From an uncultured bacterium (GTDB lineage: Bacteria; Bacillota_I; Bacilli_A; RF39; UBA660): DNA of 57,268 nt. Under the pieces are notes generated by a model that saw only the letters and a program-made list of their open reading frames with translations, was not told the origin of the DNA and ran no database searches. The stretch is taken from positions 1 to 57,268 of the forward strand of contig CASEWH010000067.1 in the NCBI GenBank assembly GCA_949291575.1, in the 5' to 3' direction. Both the position numbers and the translations under genes were made by a program. Positions 51,861 through 57,268 of the stretch are shown here, one piece after another; position 1 is the stretch's first letter; each line of letters begins with the position of its first letter.

Positions 51861-51953
51861 TTAAGCACCCCCCCCCCAGGTAACAAATTGTAAACGGGTG
51901 TTAGTATATGTAGATTGACGAATTATTTTACCCTGATAAATTGAATTAGCCAT
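51861..51953 (-). CDS. Possible 30-aa leader ORF ending in the G10 tract
   Basis: MANSIYQGKIIRQSTYTNTRLQFVTWGGGA. Weak RBS AGAGAGTGA. Confidence 0.3.
   Translation of the reverse strand: MANSIYQGKIIRQSTYTNTRLQFVTWGGGA
51863..51895 (-). repeat. Homopolymer tract (C10 on plus, G10 on minus) with conserved flanks
   Basis: AAGCA-C10-AGGTAACAAATTGTAAAC. Partner of 16903-16934. Confidence 0.8.
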
Positions 51954-51986
51954 ATAATCACTCTCTTTCTTATCTTTGTTACCTTA

Positions 51987-52016
51987 ATATTACCATAATT
52001 ATAAGTTATATAGCAA
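51987..52016 (-). promoter_or_regulatory. Candidate promoter of the leader and surface-protein transcript
   Basis: TTGCTA, 18-nt spacer, TAATAT with a TGn extended -10 on the minus strand. Confidence 0.4.
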
Positions 52017-52031
52017 GTAAATTAATTATTA

Positions 52032-52910
52032 TTATTTTAATTTATCTAATAGATTGTGTAAAATTCCTTTGTCTTCTATCTTAGTAATAGAAAAACAATT
52101 CTTACCTAAATCTTTAAAACTTGCTCCAGAGTGATATAGAACTTTCTTATCTAAAATAATAAATCTATCATGAAAAGAATTATCAATTACTAATGTTACA
52201 TTATTATATTGTTCTCTATACTTTTCATAGTCTTGTATTTTATATTTATTAGTAATTAAAGTTACTTGTTTATTAGTCTTAGATAATATATCTAAAATAT
52301 TCTTATCTATATAATTATCTATTATAATGATACTAGTTTCAGCATTATCAAATATCTTTAACATAAGAGAATAAGCATCATAAATTTGTCCTTCAAAAAA
52401 TATATGATTATTTTTCTCTTTAAAATTATCAAAGGTATTTTCTAATAAAGTAAGTCTATTTTCATGACTAATTAGCATTTTACTATGTTCCATTAAATCA
52501 CTCGATATATATTTTCTCATTGCCACAAAAGCATTAATAATTCTAATACTAGCATTTATGGCAACTTTTGTATTTATAATTGCTGATAGCATAGCGACTC
52601 CTTGCTCTGTAAATACATAAGGAGCTCTTCTAAGACCCATTTTATCTGAATTGGACATCACAATTTGTGATTTCCAATTTTCAAACTCTAGTTCTGTCAT
52701 TTGAAAGCAAAAATCTTTAGGAAATCTTTCTATATTTCTTTTTACTTTTTGAATAAGAACTCTTGTTTCAACATGATATAATTTTGCTAAATCTCTAGCT
52801 ATCATTACTTGTTTACCTCTAATCTCATATATCATATTTTCTACTTCTATATCTTCTTTTTCTACTAAATCATTAATAACAATTACCTCCTTTCGTTTTA
52901 GTAAATACAC
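52032..52910 (-). CDS. ORF6N (KilA-N-like) DNA-binding domain protein with C-terminal PLD-like/HDR-motif domain
   Basis: IYEIRGKQVMIARDLAKLYHVETRVLIQKVKRNIERFP...YVFTEQGVAMLS, C-terminal SFHDRFIILD. The exact start is uncertain (possible non-ATG start after AAAGGAGG). Confidence 0.7.
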   Translation of the reverse strand: MYLLKRKEVIVINDLVEKEDIEVENMIYEIRGKQVMIARDLAKLYHVETRVLIQKVKRNIERFPKDFCFQMTELEFENWKSQIVMSNSDKMGLRRAPYVFTEQGVAMLSAIINTKVAINASIRIINAFVAMRKYISSDLMEHSKMLISHENRLTLLENTFDNFKEKNNHIFFEGQIYDAYSLMLKIFDNAETSIIIIDNYIDKNILDILSKTNKQVTLITNKYKIQDYEKYREQYNNVTLVIDNSFHDRFIILDKKVLYHSGASFKDLGKNCFSITKIEDKGILHNLLDKLK

Positions 52911-53056
52911 TCTAACATAAGGAGATAATTAATGCAAAGAGGCAATTTTGTAAATTCCAAAAAAAATTAAGGTCAATATTTTAAATTCGTCTAGAGAAAA
53001 TTAAAAATTGACCCCAAATTTAAGGCCAATTTACAATATTCATACTTTTTTATTTT

Positions 53057-54184
53057 TTAGTCTAACTTCTGTTGTAGCTCTTTTAACTTAGATAAAAACT
53101 CATTAGTTTTTCTAATCTCTTCATCAAACTTATCATAATTAGCAGTATTTTCGAGTTCTAAAGTTGTATTTTTCTTAACTGGTTCCTCTTCAATACCATA
53201 TATAGGACTAATAATAGGACTTGGATGATAAGTACTCTTCTTTTCACTATAAGCTTCTTTTAATGATGTAACTTTCTCTTTAGCACTTAAGAAGTCATCA
53301 ATAGAAAGTTTAGGCTTTTCTTCTTTAGGTTCTTCCTCTACTTCTAGTACTTCAACTTGTTCTTTTTCTTTTCTATATCTTTCTTCTAATTCTTGAATAC
53401 TTATAGGTTCATTACCATCATCTTGATATTGTGTTACTTCATTTTGTTCTGTAATTGTTTTACCTTTAGCGATTAGTTCATCTAAACTAATAATAGCATT
53501 TTCTTCTTGTTCTGTTTCAAATTTAGTAAGTTCAATATTTTCTTCTTTTTCTTCATTCTCAAGTTTCTTTAACTCTTCTGTAATTCTTTCAAGTTCAGCT
53601 TTCGCTTCACTTTCAGTATAAACTTCATCTTTATATTTAATTACTTCTTCTTCATTTTTAGGACTTTCAACAGGTGTAATAACAGTAGGCTCTACTACCT
53701 CTACCTTTTCTTCAAACTGATTATTTAACATAATACTGTCATTTATATTAACAGGATTTTCTTTAACACTAACAACTACTGGTTCTACTTCAATAGGACT
53801 AGAGGCAACACTTTCTATAACAACTTCAGGAGTTGGTGTGACTTCTACTACTTCAACTTTTTCTTCAGGGACAATGGCTGGATTAACTATAGTAATATTG
53901 CTAACTAGAGGAACTTCTATTTTTTCTTCTTTTATTTCTTCCATTTTAGGTTCTTCTTTAGTAATAGGAGTATTTTTTTGAACATTTTCTTCCTTATTCG
54001 CTCTTGCAACTTCTTCTACTAATTTATTTAGTTGCATAGTATTATTTTGTAATTTTTTCTTCTCTTCATGTTTTTTCATAAATTCATGGAACCATAGGAT
54101 AAAATAAACAAATAAAATAAGTCCAATAATTGCTAGAACTATTAAAACCTCCTTAGTTGCTAAAAAATCTATTATATTTTTCAT
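53057..54184 (-). CDS. Membrane-anchored Glu/Lys/Val/Pro-rich protein
   Basis: 375 aa. N-terminal TM, low-complexity acidic repeats, conserved-looking C-terminal PSPIISPIYG. Confidence 0.65.
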   Translation of the reverse strand: MKNIIDFLATKEVLIVLAIIGLILFVYFILWFHEFMKKHEEKKKLQNNTMQLNKLVEEVARANKEENVQKNTPITKEEPKMEEIKEEKIEVPLVSNITIVNPAIVPEEKVEVVEVTPTPEVVIESVASSPIEVEPVVVSVKENPVNINDSIMLNNQFEEKVEVVEPTVITPVESPKNEEEVIKYKDEVYTESEAKAELERITEELKKLENEEKEENIELTKFETEQEENAIISLDELIAKGKTITEQNEVTQYQDDGNEPISIQELEERYRKEKEQVEVLEVEEEPKEEKPKLSIDDFLSAKEKVTSLKEAYSEKKSTYHPSPIISPIYGIEEEPVKKNTTLELENTANYDKFDEEIRKTNEFLSKLKELQQKLD

Positions 54185-54373
54185 TAATCGACACCTCTTT
54201 ACTACACTGATAAATTCAGTTTAGCATAGTCTTAAATATTAAAAAAGTAGTTACATAAAATTTTACAGAAAAATTACACAGACTTTACAAAAGATATTTA
54301 CATTTATTTACGAACATATTTTTACATATTTTTTAAGTTTTACAGTCATATATATAATTAGGAGGAGTACTAT

Positions 54374-55669
54374 ATGCGAAAAGAGACTTTTATAAAATCG
54401 ACAATTATTCTAATTATTGGAGGCTTCTTAACTAAAGCATTAGGAATGATTATAAAGATAGTTATGAGTAGACTAATGGGTAGTGAAGGAATTGGATTAT
54501 ATATGTTAGTCTTACCTACTTTCTCTTTATTAATTGGTCTATGTCAATTTGGTATTCCCACTGCTTTATCAAAACTCATTGCAGAAGACTCTAAAAATAA
54601 TAAAAGACTTCTCTTTTCTCTGTTACCTATTTCTTTAATAATTAATATTATAATAATTTCTTTTGTTATTGTTATTGCCCCTACTCTTGCCTTTAACTTT
54701 TTACATGAAGAGCGAGCCCTACTTCCTATTCTTGCAATATGTGTAGTTTTACCATTAACTAGTACTTCTAGTATCTTAAGAAGTTATTTCTTTGGTAAAC
54801 AACAGATGCTTCCTCATGTTACTTCTAATGTTTTAGAAGATATTATAAGACTTATTTTAATTATTATAGGTGTTCCTATTTTTATAAATAAAGGTTTAGA
54901 AGTTGCCGTTACTTTTGTAATATTAACTAATATTATTAGTGAACTCTCATCTATTTTAGTATTATTTTTCTTCTTACCAAAGAATCTAACTATAAAGAAA
55001 AAAGATCTTGCTTTTTCAAAGGGGTATGCAAAAGAAGCGATGAATATAAGTATTCCATCTACTGCAAGTAGACTTATTGGTTCTTTTGGTTACTTTTTAG
55101 AGCCGATAATATTAACTAATGCTCTAACTTATGTAGGATATAGTTCTAAATTTATTGTAACAGAATATGGTGTTATCAGTGGTTTTGTTATGCCCCTACT
55201 TCTATTACCATCTTTCTTTACAATGGCGATAAGTCAAGCCTTACTACCAGTTATATCAAAAGCGACTAGTAATAAGCATTATGACTATGCTAAAAAGAAA
55301 TTAAAACAAGCAATTGGAATATCTCTTTTAATAGGAGTTCCTGCTTCTCTTCTTCTTGCTATATTCCCAGAGTTCTTTCTAGGTTTAATTTATAATACTC
55401 ATGAAGGAGTCGCTTATATGAGATTTCTTGCCCCTATTTGTATTTTACAGTATATCCAAGCACCACTCTCCGCTTGTTTAGATGCTATGGGATTAACTAA
55501 GTTAGGACTTAAGGCAACTATTATAGGTACTTTAATTAGAACTATCTTCCTACTTATTTTCTCTTTATTAAAAATTGGAATGTGGGGACTTATCTTCTCA
55601 ACAAGTTTAAATGTAATATTTACAACTTTCTATAACTTATATCAAGTTAAAACAAGCCTAAAAAAATAG
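54374..55669 (+). CDS. MOP-superfamily flippase (MurJ/SpoVB/polysaccharide biosynthesis protein type)
   Basis: 431 aa with about 12-14 hydrophobic segments. N-terminal FIKSTIILIIGGFLTKALGMIIKIVMSRLMGSEGIGLY. Confidence 0.75.
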   Translation: MRKETFIKSTIILIIGGFLTKALGMIIKIVMSRLMGSEGIGLYMLVLPTFSLLIGLCQFGIPTALSKLIAEDSKNNKRLLFSLLPISLIINIIIISFVIVIAPTLAFNFLHEERALLPILAICVVLPLTSTSSILRSYFFGKQQMLPHVTSNVLEDIIRLILIIIGVPIFINKGLEVAVTFVILTNIISELSSILVLFFFLPKNLTIKKKDLAFSKGYAKEAMNISIPSTASRLIGSFGYFLEPIILTNALTYVGYSSKFIVTEYGVISGFVMPLLLLPSFFTMAISQALLPVISKATSNKHYDYAKKKLKQAIGISLLIGVPASLLLAIFPEFFLGLIYNTHEGVAYMRFLAPICILQYIQAPLSACLDAMGLTKLGLKATIIGTLIRTIFLLIFSLLKIGMWGLIFSTSLNVIFTTFYNLYQVKTSLKK

Positions 55670-55711
55670 TTAGTAATACAAGTCAACTAACTACAATATA
55701 AATAAATATTT

Positions 55712-55978
55712 TTATCTTCCTCTACCTCTATAAGTTATTTCCTTTACAATACTACCTTTTTCATCTCTATGCTCTTTATGCCCAAAATCACAACTTGGTA
55801 ATATAGCATCCGGATGCTCTTCATAGTATTTTTTTATAGCTTCTAAATGTTCAATCTCAATTCTACGTCTTTCACTATCTTCAAAACTAAGCGTTGTAAT
55901 AGCTAACTTACTTTTTCCTGCTTCTGGATAATCTATTGTATCTAATCCAAATGCTCCTAAACCAAAATTATCTTTCAT
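55712..55978 (-). CDS. Hypothetical protein
   Basis: 88 aa, isolated ORF. Coding potential is plausible. Confidence 0.5.
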   Translation of the reverse strand: MKDNFGLGAFGLDTIDYPEAGKSKLAITTLSFEDSERRRIEIEHLEAIKKYYEEHPDAILPSCDFGHKEHRDEKGSIVKEITYRGRGR

Positions 55979-56121
55979 CTTTTTTTTCCTTCCTCGTTTT
56001 GTTTTGTCATATTATAACAAAATAGGAGCATTTTGTAAAGAAACAAGCAAAACTCACTTTGCAAAATCGAAAAAAATTACTTTTTGCGAAGTGAAAGGCT
56101 TATGTAGGAAGAATGGGGTTT

Positions 56122-56370
56122 TTATTCTATTCTTTTCACTTTATCATTCTCTAACTCTTTCATCTCTTTATGATTTGCATAAATAAACTTTGCCATTAAG
56201 ACTCCATAAATTAGACTTGTCGCAAAAAATTCTTCTTTATTATTAAGAGAAATATTATTCTCTACTATACTGACATTATATAAAGTGTTAACTGTATAGG
56301 CTCCACTTATTAGTCCTAAAACTGTATTATTAAACTTTATATTCTTTACTATACTTTTAATTTTTTTCAT
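56122..56370 (-). CDS. Small membrane protein
   Basis: 82 aa with two hydrophobic segments. Confidence 0.45.
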   Translation of the reverse strand: MKKIKSIVKNIKFNNTVLGLISGAYTVNTLYNVSIVENNISLNNKEEFFATSLIYGVLMAKFIYANHKEMKELENDKVKRIE

Positions 56371-56419
56371 TTCTTCACCTTTTACTTATGCTATAATATA
56401 TGCCAAAGAGGTGGTAGTT

Positions 56420-57091
56420 TTGCAGAAAGTAAAAATTCTAATCGTAGATGATGAGAAGAATATTAGGGAGGTTATTAAAGAATACTCTACTTTAGAAGGT
56501 TATGCAGTTAAGGAAGCAGACTCTGGTGTTAAAGCTTTAGAACTATTAAATAGTGAAAAGTTTGATTTAATGATTTTAGATATTATGATGCCTATTATGG
56601 ATGGATTTACTCTACTTAATAGTATTCCTAAAGAAAAAAGAATACCTACAATAATATTATCAGCTAGGGACGATGAAATTGATAAATTAGAAGGTTTTGA
56701 TAGAGGTATAGATGATTATTTATGTAAGCCTTTCTCTCCTCGTGAATTAATGGCTAGAGTAAAAGCTATATTAAAGAGGACTAAAGGAGATGTTGATAGT
56801 TATTCTTATGATAAGTTGGTTGTTAATTTCTTAGAACATACTGTTAAAATAGATGATAAAGAGATTAATGTTACTCCTAAAGAGTTTCTTATATTAAAGT
56901 TCTTTATTCATAATAAAAGAATGGCTATTTCAAGAGAACAGCTTTTAAATAAAATATGGGGTTATGACTTTTATGGAGATGATAGAACTGTTGATACTCA
57001 TATAAAGATGCTTAGAAATAATTTAGGTAGATATAGAGATTTGATTATTACTGTTAGAGGTATAGGATATAAATTTGATGATGAAAAATAA
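56420..57091 (+). CDS. OmpR-family response regulator
   Basis: KILIVDDE...DLMILDIMMP receiver domain, and winged-helix C-terminus RTVDTHIKMLR...VRGIGYKF. TTG start after AGAGGTGG. Confidence 0.9.
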   Translation: MQKVKILIVDDEKNIREVIKEYSTLEGYAVKEADSGVKALELLNSEKFDLMILDIMMPIMDGFTLLNSIPKEKRIPTIILSARDDEIDKLEGFDRGIDDYLCKPFSPRELMARVKAILKRTKGDVDSYSYDKLVVNFLEHTVKIDDKEINVTPKEFLILKFFIHNKRMAISREQLLNKIWGYDFYGDDRTVDTHIKMLRNNLGRYRDLIITVRGIGYKFDDEK

Positions 57092-57268
57092 ACTTGCTAC
57101 TAAAATATTTATGTACTTGGCTATATTTTCTCTATTTATTTTAATATTTCTTTTCTTTTTCCAAGTTATATTTATAGATACTTTCTATGAATGGACTAAG
57201 ACTAAAACTATTAAAAATCTATCTAAAGATATTTTAGTTACTGAGAGAGATACTTCTTTATACGATAA
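57078..57268 (+). CDS. Sensor histidine kinase, N-terminal fragment (runs off the window)
   Basis: ATG overlaps the regulator stop. MMKNKLATKIFMYLAIFSLFILIFLFFFQV transmembrane start. Position is typical of a cognate kinase. Confidence 0.6.
   Translation, partial: MMKNKLATKIFMYLAIFSLFILIFLFFFQVIFIDTFYEWTKTKTIKNLSKDILVTERDTSLYD

Noticed and set aside
52943-52981. 12-aa plus-strand mini-ORF (MQRGNFVNSKKN) with a strong-looking RBS upstream of the ORF6N gene
   Set aside because: There is no downstream plus-strand gene to regulate. The apparent RBS is the reverse complement context of the ORF6N start region, so this is probably fortuitous.

Overview
AT-rich window that looks like a low-GC Firmicute. 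All calls rest on motif recognition, synteny and manual folding; no database search was run. LEFT FLANK (1-9150, all minus strand): gatA (partial, with an in-frame TAG), gatC, two tandem paralogous unknowns, a U32 peptidase, a Panacea/DUF4065 antitoxin with a PemK/MazF-like toxin, a small alarmone synthetase, a DivIVA-domain protein, SepF and an orphan HerA-like ATPase. CENTRE (9155-47602): a prophage of about 38.4 kb, an HK97-like cos siphovirus, integrated into the 3' end of tRNA-Arg(CCU). It is bounded by a 21-bp direct repeat. It carries an integrase, a cI/cro switch, a replication module, many small early genes, a late activator, the run HNH-TerS-TerL-portal-protease-capsid-tail, three tandem receptor-binding-type cassettes and a holin/endolysin pair. 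RIGHT FLANK: B. subtilis-type DnaB replication protein, surface/membrane proteins, an ORF6N protein, a MurJ/SpoVB-type flippase and an OmpR-type two-component system. Most interesting items: (1) A plus-strand, self-promoted 7-gene operon between the endolysin and attL. It combines a minimal SNF2 helicase, a PP-loop PAPS-reductase-like protein (DndC/IbrA-like), a ParB/Srx-fold protein (DndB/IbrB-like), an HTH protein and three unknowns. This is the best candidate for an undescribed DNA-modification or defence module. (2) A complete type I hammerhead ribozyme in the leader of the late operon. (3) Two C9/C10 homopolymer tracts with conserved flanks, one upstream of the phage receptor-binding cassettes and one upstream of a host surface-protein gene. 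(4) A 22-bp perfect inverted repeat flanking the immunity region, together with a second internal tyrosine recombinase. (5) Candidate defence or counter-defence genes: a Zn-ribbon/DUF4145 gene, an RNA ligase and a glycosyltransferase.
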